A stretch of 51,592 nucleotides of DNA, the filler included, from Porpidia crustulata (Eukaryota), in NCBI GenBank assembly GCA_964255105.1. It is 2 parts of 2 records of this genome, joined end to end, with 100 filler letters (N's around TTAATTAATTAA, not from the genome) between each part and the next. Parts side by side here need not be neighbours in the genome. Positions count along the whole stretch, not along the records: positions 25,848 to 51,592 come from CAXUWE010000048.1; 1 more part is not named here. One strand, given 5' to 3'. This document shows, piece after piece, positions 37,223-49,811 of this stretch (within the stretch, counting starts at the first letter, position 1; each line of letters begins with the position of its first letter). Below the pieces are notes generated by a model. The model was given only the letters and a program-made list of their open reading frames with translations, did not search any database and had not been told where the DNA came from. The position numbers and the translations under genes are program-made.

Positions 37223-40111
37223 ATGCCGATCCCCTTTCTGGGGCGGATATTCACCGGCGACGAAGAGCTTGGGAAGAAATACGATGACCACAGGCCGGCC
37301 AAAGACGGGATACTACCATCCAAATGGCCTGGCCGTAAGGCAGCGCCTCGAGCTCGGGGGAGAAGCCTGCTATATGGCTTACTGGTCTGCATTGCAATCT
37401 ATCTCTTCGTCCATAATATACCAACGGACTTGGGCCCTGTGATCAAGAGACCAGATTACAAGGCACTCGCGCAAGGGAGTCTTCAGTCTCCACGTTCTGA
37501 AGAGCACATAACGGAACCTCCGAGGCCAGAGAAGCTCCTTCCAGCAGAGGAACACTATTATGATGGGCCATTCAAGTTCTATAAGCTTGCTACCTCGCTC
37601 TACGGGGCTGCAAGACTCATCGGCCATGCTGGTGTCAATAAAAATGTCTTGTTTGCCGCGTCGGACCTGAAAAGTGCTGGTGACATAATACCCATTGCAT
37701 GTGAGATGGCTAGGTGGGAAAGGAATGTCGTACACTTCGTGATCATGGGGAGGGATGATCTTGCGATTGATGAAATAAAGCTGGTGAATGGTCTCACCGA
37801 AGAGTGCAAAATCATCTGGCATGGTAGGATAACAAAAAAGAGGTAGAGAGACTGGTCTAACGATATGGCAGACGCCCGTCCTGATTTTTCTCGAGTCAGC
37901 TCTGCGCCTCGTATGGAGATGAGTGTTGCCGCGGGGATAGGGCATATCCAAACCTTCATCCGTCCACAGGTGGTTCTTACGAACGACCCAAGTAGAGAAG
38001 ATGCCTTCTTTATAAAATCTCTACGGAGTAAAGTTTCAGAAATTGGTAAGTCGGTAATAGAATTGCCTCCCAACGCTGCTATGAACCTTATGTGGATCGC
38101 ACGGCTGGACAGTAGCAGCCTAGCAGGTGCGTTCATAGAACTTTTCTTGACAATGGTTTCTATGATTACTGAAATGACCGTAGCATGGCGCACGACCTAC
38201 GTTGACCTCCTAATCCATGCCCCTCCTGATTCATCAGGATCGCTCCTAAGGCTACTCAAGTCCATTGAGGCAGCTGACTATTTTGGCTCTCGATGTCCAC
38301 ATCTTAGAATTGAGCTTCCTGCAGACATAGATCCACCAACTTGGAACTTTATACAAAATCTAGTTTGGCCTCCCGTTGACGAGTCCGGAGCGCCTCACAC
38401 ATCGCAGGTCAGTCTTCGACATAAAATTTCCCGGCGAACACCAACCGCAGAGGAAGCTTCTGTGCACCTTGTTGAGTCCTTCTATCCCACAAGACCCAGA
38501 GACTCCCACGTTCTCCTGCTTTCGCCACAGGTCGAACTTTCACCACTTTATTACCATTATCTTATGTACATTCTCCTCGAATATAAGTATTCTTCCCAAC
38601 GACGATTTCTCCAAGAGCCAGATAACCTAATGGGCATTGCCTTGGACCTTCCTTCACACCATCTGAATGACTCACAAGCTTTCGTGCCCCCGATTTTGGA
38701 ACGTCCTAATGTTCGAGGAGTTCCTAGCCAAGCTAGCCAGGCCGTCCATTTCCTCTGGCAATCCCCCGATAGTAATGCAGCTCTCTACTTTGGAGATAAA
38801 TGGGTTGAATTTCATTCGTTCCTCGCCGCGCGGATCTCCGCCCTAAAATCGGAAACTCCACGTCGAAAAAAGCTGATAAGCGAAAAGTATCCCTCGTGGA
38901 TGGAATACCTTCTAGAGCTTATGCGTGCAAGAGGATATTCTCTTCTCTACCCCAACTTTCCTTCTACGTCCGGGTCCATTACCACTCTCCACAACGAGCT
39001 CTATCAACCACCTGAAGAGTTTTCTCATCCACACCCTTCCTCGACCGCGGATCAGCCTGTGCCAACAATAGACACCAACGACCCATTTTCTGCCGACACT
39101 CTACTAAAACCTACTGTACCTTCATCCCATAGCGAATTGCCTCTTTTAGCTATAAATCTCCATTCTGCCCTTCCCCAGCACGGCGATCTGTCCGACCTGG
39201 CTTTTATCCCACTTGTTTCCTACGATGGCAACGTGATGTCCCGCGCCTCATCCGACTACTTGTCCAGCTCTTTCGCTCAAGCTTTTCGACGCGAAATCGG
39301 TGCCTGTACGGGTAATGGTGATATCTGGATCTACCAGATGAGCGCCAACGATCTTTTTTGCAATCTTGACAATAATACACATCCTGATGAATCAGACGAA
39401 GTGAACGACTACGAGAGTGCCGATCCTCAGGTTACATCGAAAGTGGGTACTAAAGCACCAGTATCGACGGCGCAACAGGACGACAGCGATCTCTCGCAGG
39501 CGGAATTTGCTGCACATATGGGCAGGCAGGGGGGAAAGGTAGGCGACGCTGTGTCTGCTCAAGCTGCGGCGAGTCCTTCCGCGAAAGTAACGGCTAGCAT
39601 TAGAGAAATTACAAAGGATGAGCCATCAGGAGGTTTGGCAAGACCAGGGGCGGAAAAGCCCGCCGGTAGTGTCGAAAAGACTTTTCTAGACCCTGGACTA
39701 AAACCCACAGATGATGCGAATATCAAGGAGGCTCACGACACCGTCGTGATGCAGACCGATCACGCTGCTGGGAGAAAACCGGACGATACAGCTGCAATGC
39801 CAGCGGATCACGTAGCCGGGAAGAAAGGGGAGCATGCCGTTATCAAGATACCAGATCAGGCTGCCGAAAACTCGTCTCGTGAGGGTACCGTCAAGGTTCC
39901 GGCAGAGGAGAAGGCAAAAATGGTAAGCGATGGCGGGATACCTAAGGTTTCTGAGGAATCTTCCCTCGAGCCTATAGTGAAAACACCGGCCGATGATAAG
40001 GCAAAGGCGCCGGACCAGGGCGGAAGCACCAAGACTGCGGTGTCTGGCGCAGATGTCAACGCTGACACGAAAACGGAAGAAGGAGCTCTGGGTAGAAAGC
40101 CCGGTTGGTGA
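37223..40111 (+). CDS. Conserved fungal type II membrane protein, usually annotated glycosyltransferase-family-2-like, with a repetitive C-terminal tail
   Basis: N-terminal DEELGKKYDD, single TM, VLFAASDLKSA, HDARPD, SGSLLRLLKSI..ADY, FLWQSPDSNAALYFGDKW. Two introns. Confidence 0.7.
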
Positions 40112-40941
40112 TGGGAAGATTCAGATCTCGCGACAATCCGGAATCCGGAGCATCAAGCGCTACAGCCGTCAAGGGTGCATCTTGCCTTCCAAAAAGCAAT
40201 AGATAGCACATTGAAGAAGCTCACCAGCCCTGCTCCCTACATTCGCAAAACTGTACCCCTCGTCGGCGATGCGGCGTACTCTCCGCACTCTCACCGCATA
40301 TCCTGATGGCCCCTCAGCGTACCTCCCAGCAGAGCTATCCTCCACCTTCAAAACCACCATCAATCTATCACAACCGGGCAAGTCGTCGATCACAAGAGGT
40401 GTAAGATATCTGCAGACGGAGCGTGAAACTAATAAACCTAAAAACAACACACACATATCGGAAAAGAGTAATAGTTTTGATGAAATCCATCAAGGGCGTC
40501 ATGGATGGGAGATGATAGATACCTCGATACACCAACTACGGCAGTCTTGCAATGCACATGTTATTTTGAGCATTAAATGCAATTAAGGTTTTAAATAATT
40601 AGAGCTAGCTGGTTCGGAATTTTCAATTGCGATATACAGGTGCACATCTTCAACCCCTAAGCGCCCTATTCGCTACATCCATACCCCGTTCACTCATCGC
40701 TGCCAACATAGTGAAAAGCCCTCCACCCAGCGTCATGCGGCGTGTGGTATCTATCATTACATTCCGTGCCCTTCACAAACGCCCTTTGCTATGCCGTGTC
40801 AAAAAGCCCTCCTGTTACAAATTATTGGTACATCGCCGCCACCCATGGGAAAGCGTGGTCATTTTTCCCTCGCCCTCGTAGCGCCTGCGCGAAATATGCT
40901 TGTAGTGACAGGTGTAATCCCCAGCGTCGTAGAAGCCGTAT

Positions 40942-43900
40942 TCAGAGTTCGTTGCTCTTCATGGCCTGCACCAGATACGCCTCGGGCACTTTGGGCACCT
41001 CGGGGCTATCCGGCATCTCCCTCTTACTCCTACTCTGCGCTCTAAGCAACCCCCTCGATCGATTTTCCTTCCTGCTTGCCCCGCTCGCCAAACGTCGTAG
41101 GTTACTCTGTCCCCCTCGAATCGCGGCGCCCAGGATCCTGCTGGAGCTGCCGCCGCCATTGCTGCCCGTGGCACGCTCGTCCTCGGAGAACACCTCGTCG
41201 GTTTCGTCGTCCGAGAGGAGGTCATTGGCGTTGCTGTGAGCTTTGAGGAAGCTGTTGGCTGGGGAGGTGACGGAGCGGGAGTGCAGGCCTGGACGGTTGG
41301 GGGTGGAGAAAGCGGCGGGAGTCATGACGGCTGGGTCGCGAGAGGGACGGTGGAAGTCGGAGAAGCCGTTTTGGAGGGAGGTAACGCTGGCGTTGCGGGT
41401 GAGGGTTTTGCGGAGGATGGGGGCGGTCTGTTGGTCGTAGAGGTCGGCGCCGTTATCGGGATCGGCTTGAAAGATATTGATGGTTTGAGTGGGGTAGGGT
41501 TTTTGGGACGGGGTTTCAGAGGTCTGGGTCTCGTCGAAGAATTGGTCAAGGCTATCGAGTTTGGAAATAAGGTCGGTAGTTCCGGCGTCGACAACCTTAA
41601 GCTCTGGACGCGTGTCTTCCGAGGCCAGGGTGTCACCTCGCTCGACAGGAAAATATGAGCCTTGCTGGTATTCTTCCGCATGGAACTCAATATCCGGGGT
41701 TGCGACGGCATCGGTATCAGCTGCGTTTGCACTTACACACGTATAGTAAACAGCTTGCATGTTAACTCTCGTGGTATCCGAATGGATCGCTGGCATGGGT
41801 ATTGACCACCCAGTATCCTCAGGAATACCGTAAAGACTCTGAGTCTTCTCGTATTCTTTCCGTATCGAGCGTGAGCCCGACGATGCCATGCTCATTCGCA
41901 TATGATGCTTGTCCATTGGGGTTGCTGACATTACCATAATGTGGTCCATGACTTCCAATGCTTGTGGACAATACTCTGTTTGTAGTAGTCGCAACAGGGG
42001 CGAGATTAGATCGGGTCCTTGGCTTGCAATTTCGGGCCGTTGTGTGTCGATGTCCGGGATGAGCACACACAGTATTTGAAGTGTTCCAAGCTTGTACCAT
42101 GGCAGTCTATTGGTTAATAGACCGATCAAGAATATCAGGCTCTTGAGCTCCCAGGTTGGGAAGAAAGTCCTCCGTAGTGTAGTCAAGACTTGTTTCAGGA
42201 ACTCACCACTTTCAGTATACCTACTTTTTGCGAAGGCGTGAAGAACGATCGATATTTCTCGATGCTCCTGAGTTTCTGCAACCTCTGCCAGTGTTTCCGC
42301 AGATTTGATGTATGCAAGGTTCTTCGTATCTTCTTCAAATGAATGTAGGAAGCAAGGTAAATACCCTAGTATCCCAAAGAGAAGTCGAGTTCGGTTTCCT
42401 ACCAGGTCCCCCTCTGGCAGAAATACCACCTTATCTATGATTTTCAACGATCTCTCTAACGAGGTGGCAGACTTCAGCCCTTTGTATATGAGAGGCGCTA
42501 TGCCCTCAAAAGTGCCTTGCCACCTATCAGGCTTCGCCTCTTTCAGAATGTTTACAACAGCTGGGTCACAAAGATCGACCTTTTCAAGCAAATTCCCTAG
42601 CATACCTAGAGTTTCCACAAATTCTCGCTCGTTGATTGTATCAAGACATGCACACGTGGCCCAAAACAATTGGGGGTACTGTAATAGGTGGGGCGGCTCC
42701 AGAGCTCCGATAATTGTTTTGAGAGTAGAGAGTATTTCCATTGAAAATGTTTGGATGTCCGTCTCTTCATCTGCGATAGTATTGGACAACCGAGCCAGCA
42801 TATCGGCAAGCATTGGCCTGTCAAGAGACGATAGGATGCAACGGAAGATTTGGAATGATCTGCAAGCGATGTGCCGGACAGGACAGGATGTGGCCCAGCT
42901 CAGTGTGGTTCTGGCCCACTGCTCCTGTAGCTTGGGGTAAGCAAGCGCGAAAAGGTTGACAACCTCACCCGTCACAAAAGCCATGGACGGTGGTACTTTG
43001 TTGTGGTCATCATCATCATCCTTTCCGTTAGATTCTTCATAGGTCCAAACCACATTAGCTTCATGTTGTCTTATTGACTCGACAAATGCTTCGATTGTAT
43101 TCTTATTCGGAATAGTAGCATTGTCATCGATTTTCGAAACGACTAATTCATGTATCAGATGGACAAGCATTTCGCGAGACTGTTCTTGCACAAGTAATGT
43201 GTAATGATCCCACAATACGAGGATTACTTGCAGAAGCAGCGGTACACTTTCTTTGGCCAATTTCATCGGAGCTACCATCAAATCGACAAGGAATATGAGA
43301 GAGAGCTGGCCCAAGGAGAATCCAGACTGTTTATTGCCAATCGGCAAAGCCTCTGACAAATCCGCAACGTAAGGCAAACCCAGAGTGTCAGGTGGTAGGA
43401 CAATTGGTTCGCGCTTCTCTTGGACCATATTCTTGGGAGTGATCTGAAGTAAAAGGAATTCCACAACTTTCTGACCTGCCGGCGTACTAGAGAGGTAAAC
43501 AATTATTTGCTTGGCATAATCAACGAAGCTCTGCTCTCTTCTGTCCAGGCAGAGCGATATAACGAAGTCTAAAACCAATTGTACATTACCTCCGTGCGGA
43601 CCTGTAGCAAGTGCCTGCCACAGAGCTTGTACTTCGTTATGCAAAGTCCCGCTTGCTTTCGTTGTGATTTCGAGTAGATTGGCCAAGAGCATGTAGGATT
43701 GAGCTGTGGGGCCTCCGCTGGGGTCCAACTGCAGCTCAATGGTTTGGATCCAAGGGAGAATAGCTGCCACCATGTTTCGCTGATTGTCAGGGTGAATATT
43801 CCTGAAGTGCACAGCAAACTGTGAGAATATGAAAAAAGCGAGCTCCGTGTGCTGTTTCGCAAGTCGCTTTGATATTTCAAATTGCGCTAACTTATATACC

Positions 43901-46900
43901 GCGGTGGTTTTGTCGGAAATACTGATATCGAAATCCTGTAGCTTGGAACTTTTCTGCTGACGTTGCTCAAGGGTACGCAGCAGCCGGGCTGATTTTATCC
44001 TGATGTGGCTGTTCTCGTTGCCCAACGTGAATAAAACAGCACCAAGTATTCTCCAAAAAGCAAGGTTATGATCCTCCTGTTCGATGAGAACTTTAGAAAC
44101 CACCTCAAAATAACTCTCCAATGCTCTGGGTCGGTCTGCTGCGTAGCACCTCTCTACTGAGCTCTCGAGGAGGTATGGATGATCGCGATTGTGTATGATC
44201 AAGCTATGGAGAGCTCGGCGGCCAATCACGTGCATTTTATCACTAATTGTGCCAAATATCTGATCGATCCATGACAGCATGCGGCGAACATCAAAGGAAA
44301 GACTGTCTCCCTTAGTCGTGGTAATCTGGATAGGGCCTCCCTAAGACATGTTAGCAGATGGTGATCCTCAGAACAAAGGCTTCTTGTAATTACACAAAGG
44401 GTCGCCATAGCACTCAACGCAGCAGTCCTCAAATCCCTCTTTTCGATTTCTATGGCGGCTGTGACGTTCGTCTTCTCTCTGGTGTCCTGGTGTTGATCCA
44501 GAGCCGACTGTCTCATACTATCTTCACGCTGGCTGATGCGACTTTGGTGTGGAGAATAGCCGCACCATTCTTCCATCAATGCAAAGGCAGACTTCCTTGA
44601 CTCAAACGCCATCCATCTCGATGGATCCTTCGTTCGATTAATACCATCATAAAGTTCTTCTAATAATCCGCAGTAGTAGCGCCGTAGTTTTTGACACTCC
44701 CAATCATTTTGGATCTCCGCATCGTTTAGAAAGATCATTAAGTCCTTTGTATAAGTGGCAAGGTTGGTGAGGATCCATTCATCTTGTAGTACCACAGACT
44801 CACGAAGAAAACGTGATGTAAGCCTATACACATGAGTGACCTCAGTCCTTAGACGGTCCGTTCGCTGGTTTCTCCTGGGACTGCTTCCACTACGCTGATG
44901 AGTTCCAATACGTACTTTCGCCTCTTCCTTGCAGGTTGTCACCGCATACTGTAAGGATTCTAGGAGGGTTCTGTACAGATTGATATTGATGGAGCCTAGA
45001 GCTGTCACGATTGCATCGCGGATCGAAAGTGGTCCTGCGGACAGCAAAGGTATGATGTACGCAAAAAGCGCTCTTGCAGAGCTAATCCTATCCTGTCCTT
45101 GCTGCATTCCTTTGTTGGATATCTTACGAGCGTGCTGGGTATTGGCGAGCTGGCTTTGAGTTTGAGCCCCAGCATTTGTCATGGTAGTGCAAGCCATGAC
45201 AAGATATAGCTTCCATTGTTCGATGATGACCTCTGGTGGCGTGGCACCGAGCCGAGTAAGAGCACGGGCTGAATTAGGTTCTATACTTGAGGGTTGTTGC
45301 CCACGGAGACTTGCTGCTAGATTCGTGATACGGTCATGCATTTGTAGTAAACGTTCACACACATACTCACGTCCCATCGTAACAGCGGTAGGACACATTC
45401 CAAAACTAAGACGGATCAAATTAGGAAAGATTTTAAACCACAATGTTGTATCGTAGGAAACTTCACTACTGCATAATTCGATAAGAGTACTTTGCTGAGC
45501 ATTTTTTCGCTTGCCCTTTTGCAGGCGGCTCCTCTCTGCAACAGAAAGTTGATCGTCGTTGAAGTCCATTACCCTTTGAGAGTCCCCTTCCAGGATATGG
45601 ATAATTCGCGGATGCTCACGACCCATAGCGGTGTCGAATTCGGTGACGAGCCTCAAAACTTTGACAGCATATGATCGGACCCGTCTTGATTGAGAGCAAA
45701 GGAAGAAGACTCCATATCCTTCCATGTTCTCAATTTCCGCTGATCCTTCTTGAAGGCCACCACGGCTGCCCGTAAAACCCTCCGCAAATGGCTCAGTAGC
45801 AGCATCTTTAGTCTTCTGCTTGATCTCTTCCACCCAAATGTAGAGTAGCTCAACGTAAAGCCTTAGGGTGTTCTCTATATGGCCGGGACCTAGCATTCCT
45901 TCATCTGACATGGTCGAATAGCGTGCATCGAAATTGAAGATAAATTTGGCAAAGCCGGTCGTGACGTCTCGAGCCCGAGATTGTTGAGCAATTGATTTGA
46001 GCGACTGCGCTGAGGAGACTGCGATATTGGATTGTACATGGGCGGTTCCCGTACACAGGAGATTTATTATATAGCTAATGTGGATCTGCACTGGCAAGCA
46101 GCGCGGTAATGCCTGGACCGCTACATGTAACAGATCATAGAATCCCTGCTTGTGGTCAGTGATTGCTAGATGTTCATCTTTGCGACCAAAACTGAAAGTT
46201 TCCGAGATGGGTGTTTTGGGTGTTAAGGCCCCGAATTTCTCGTCTAGGACGGCCTGCCCACCGAATGCGTTATCACAGGTCATGGTGATCTTTCCGAGTA
46301 TCTCACAAAACCTGGCAAAGGATTCTCTAGTGGTTTCACTCAGCCCTGAAAGAGCCACATGCCGCGATAGTCGATCTTCTTGCGCCCGGGGCATTGCATT
46401 TAACTGCGTAAATGGTCGGGGACTGCTCAAAGTCCGGGGATCTACAAACGCTTCGACTGTGGTGCCCGGTTTGGAAAATTGTGGGAACGATGGCAGACCA
46501 GCGTCCGCTTTCTCCAAATCTGCCATGATCGCCAAGAAGGCTCTGATTCCAATCACTGTTCTTTCCGGTTCGAGTTGCTCGACCTTAATGTCCTTACCAG
46601 CGGTGAACATGTCAGAATTAATCATAGGAAATATGATGGTCCGGAAACACCAATCCTGATGTCTATATCCAATGATTCGAATTAGTTCGACTTTCGGTTC
46701 TGCAAACACTGGGTGGGTAGATATAACGCTTTTCTTTCCAGATGGTAAGACAATCTTCATGACGTCTTCGAGCTTACGAATGGCTTGACCGTCAGGCTCA
46801 TTGGCCCGCTGGAAATATGTCCACACCAAGCGACAGATAGATTGAAGAGCATAGGCCCGCGTCACTCTGTCCTTGAGTTTTGCTTGAAGCGAGGTCACGA

Positions 46901-48904
46901 CGGGCAGCCATTGCGACACAAACAATTCATTTGGCGACGCACAAAGGACAATGGTTGATAGGCGAAATGCATCAATCCAATGTCGAGGCTTGACAAGCAT
47001 CTGTGCCAGTCGAGAGTTGACCATACTAACAAAGTCTTTCCACTTAAGGGAGTTTACCTGCGCACCAGCGTTAGCTGCAATGGGGAATACCAGGCCTTCG
47101 AGGATCTGGCAATAAGCGTGCTTGATCTCCTGCCCATGGGAGCTGACAAAAAGCTCTCCCAGGGTATGCAGAAAGTCACACGAGTCTTTCCAAGCGCTGT
47201 CGGGTTGAGCTCTCACACGGAGGTGCTTCATTGCTAAGACCATCAGCACGACTTTGTCTTCGACCTCTTTGGTAATCTGCCCCTTACTACCAACATCTTT
47301 TTGGTAGGTTTTCAATTCAGTCGTGAATCGTTGTGAGACGCTCTTCAAATTCATCCCGCTCATCGAACCCAGTAACTGGCAGTAGATGGTCCAATTAGCG
47401 AGCCTGAATGGTGATGACTGGAGTTGATCGTACTCCATCTGTTTCAATTGCCCAAAGATGATGTCTTCCAGCTTCTCCGCCATTTGCGGTGTAAGCGATG
47501 TCAAATCCGTCTGGTTGTAGACTTCGATCAATACCCTACAAAGGAGGTAAATGGAAAGAGTTGATCGCTGCTCGGCCTGGATTGAGAGATCGTGTAGAGA
47601 AGGAGAAGCTGCGTAGTTGGTATCATGAACACCCTGTGTTGTTTGACCTGTGCTGGAGTACAGTATATGTGGCGGCTCTGTGTTTCTTCTAGGAAGATTT
47701 CGCTGTATAGGAAGGGGTGTTTTTGCCTAAGTACGATGAGCATTTCTAGGTCGCATCGACTTTGGTGACCGACCTGATTCATCTCCGCTTTTGCGCTTGT
47801 GGCCGCTTCCCCTTTCGCTTTTCGCCAATACATGATTGTGTCAATCAGGGGTTTTGGTTTTTGACGCGCTATGTGTCCAAGTGCTGAGATAAGTTGATCG
47901 AATTCAGGGTCAACGCCAGGCCCGCAAATTCTTTCGACTCGAAAGTCTTCATCGAGCATATCAGTGACGCACTGATTGATTTTGTGGTCGGCTTGGCGAA
48001 CAAACTACAAATCGCATAAGCACGTATGTTTGTGCATCAGTCTCATCCACTGACCGAGTTGAACAAATGATGCAAAGCATACTCGCCCACGGTTTTCTGC
48101 TCCAGTTGCCTCGATTGTGAACGTTGGTGGCTGTGATCTCGCCGGGCTCTGCTACCGTGGGTGCGATCCACCCGCTTCTGAATGAGCATCATATTGTTTG
48201 CATCCCCCGGTTCTCGCTCGCTCACCAGTGTCGACGTCGACGAGGCGTTCATTGACCCATTGACGGTAGTCGCGGGAGATTCGGTGGGACGAAGCTCAGA
48301 AGCGCCATGATGCATTGCGGTCAGGCTAGAAAATTCTGGCAAGAGTCCAGCTTTCGTAGAGGCGACACCGATAGGCTGTGGACTTAAAGGGCTCGTGGCT
48401 GGAGAGTTAACAAAGCTTGCATTCCGGGAATGCTGGTAGGGCGCCTGGAACTTCGACCCTTGCCGATAATGGCCATGAGTGACCGATGTCGTGCGTTCCA
48501 ATCCGCCGTTGGTGAGACTCGCAGGTGATCTGGCGCTCGCAGCGCTCGATTGAGATCGAGGTGACTGCGTTTGCACAGCATGCTGTGTCTGGAAGCTCGA
48601 TGCGTTCATGTTGAGCAGATTCGGGACTCTTCCTCTGGACCCTGAACGATCCTGAGGTTGTGAAGTGCCTCGGGATCCATCGAAGCCGTTGGGTTCGGCC
48701 TGCGGCGGTGAAGTATAGAATGACGGCTGGCCAGGTCCATTGCTTGGCACGTACAGCCGTGTGTTTCCAGGCTGGGGTCCAGCTATGAAGAGGAAGACGT
48801 TAGTACATATTTACACTGCTTCGCAAAGTCTGGAGGATCGCGAAAGGTATTGAGGCTTGCGAAGAAGGTTTGGAACCCCTAACAAAGCCCAGCAACTTAC
48901 CCAT
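40942..48904 (-). CDS. TAO3: Cell morphogenesis scaffold TAO3/PAG1/Mor2 (Furry family)
   Basis: Very large HEAT-like protein: KTVGEYALHHLFNS, CGPGVDPEFDQLISALGHIARQKPKPLID, WATSCPVRHIACRSFQIFR, LYGIPEDTGWSIP. 4-nt first exon ATGG at 48904-48901. Confidence 0.95.
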
Positions 48905-49811
48905 GCTGCAGCAACGGCGTAACGTCAATCCAAGTCCCCGGACTTGTGTAACATGAAGCAGAGCTCCTTCATTTTGGCTTCCATCATGAGTACTCTGAAG
49001 ACGACAACGAGAGAACAAGCATGGCCGTCGAAGTTGTGTCACGACTCTCAGCAACAGCCTCACTCGGTACCTGACAGGCTGCAGATGGCACCCTTGTCCT
49101 GTCAAGGACTATTCTTTATCCGTATCGAGAAGCGAGGTTATCCACGCTAACTACTTTTGGATGATGGAGGATCGGGTGAGATCCCCCCATCCAGCACAGA
49201 TAAAGGCTGAAATGTTGGAAAGGACGTACCTAGGATGGCAATTGGATATCGGCACAGTAGAAGATGTATTTGGATAAGTCTAGGTAAGCTCACTCTAGTC
49301 AATCTACTTGTACTGGCCGAAGATACCTCCGGAACATGGAAATTCGGTCTCGGAGGCCAAGAGATTCTTGTAGGGCTGACCTAGTCTCGATATGCGGAAC
49401 GGACCTCGGGATGGACCATCGTAGACGTAAGAAGTCATAATATCACTATTTGTATAAATTCTTGGGTCGTGGCTTCATAACTCTATTTCCATTTGGTAGA
49501 TATCACGTTTTGATACGCCCATACGATATACAGTACTCTGCAGTAGAATATCTGTTGTCGTCAGATATTTTTGTAACAGCCGTGCCACCCCGACCAATTT
49601 CTTAGCTATTTTACATCGCCTACCTATTCGTCTGCAACCCCGAAGACTGCTGGAAAACGCGCCTTATCGCCACTTTGAATTACCCTGACGTACACCATTA
49701 TCGATACCGCTGAAAAGGAATACCCTACTATCTTTCGGTGATCTTGTATGGCCCTGCTTCTCAGTCCCACGTCTTTGATCATAGACTAAGAAGTCCTCTA
49801 GATCGTTCGAG

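Noticed and set aside
40169..40456. Small ORF or exon-like segment between the GT-like gene and TAO3
   Set aside because: No start context or family motif; it lies in convergent 3' UTR space.
40959..47237. Numerous antisense or alternate-frame ORFs within TAO3 and other genes
   Set aside because: Shadow ORFs of long real coding sequences with no independent motifs.
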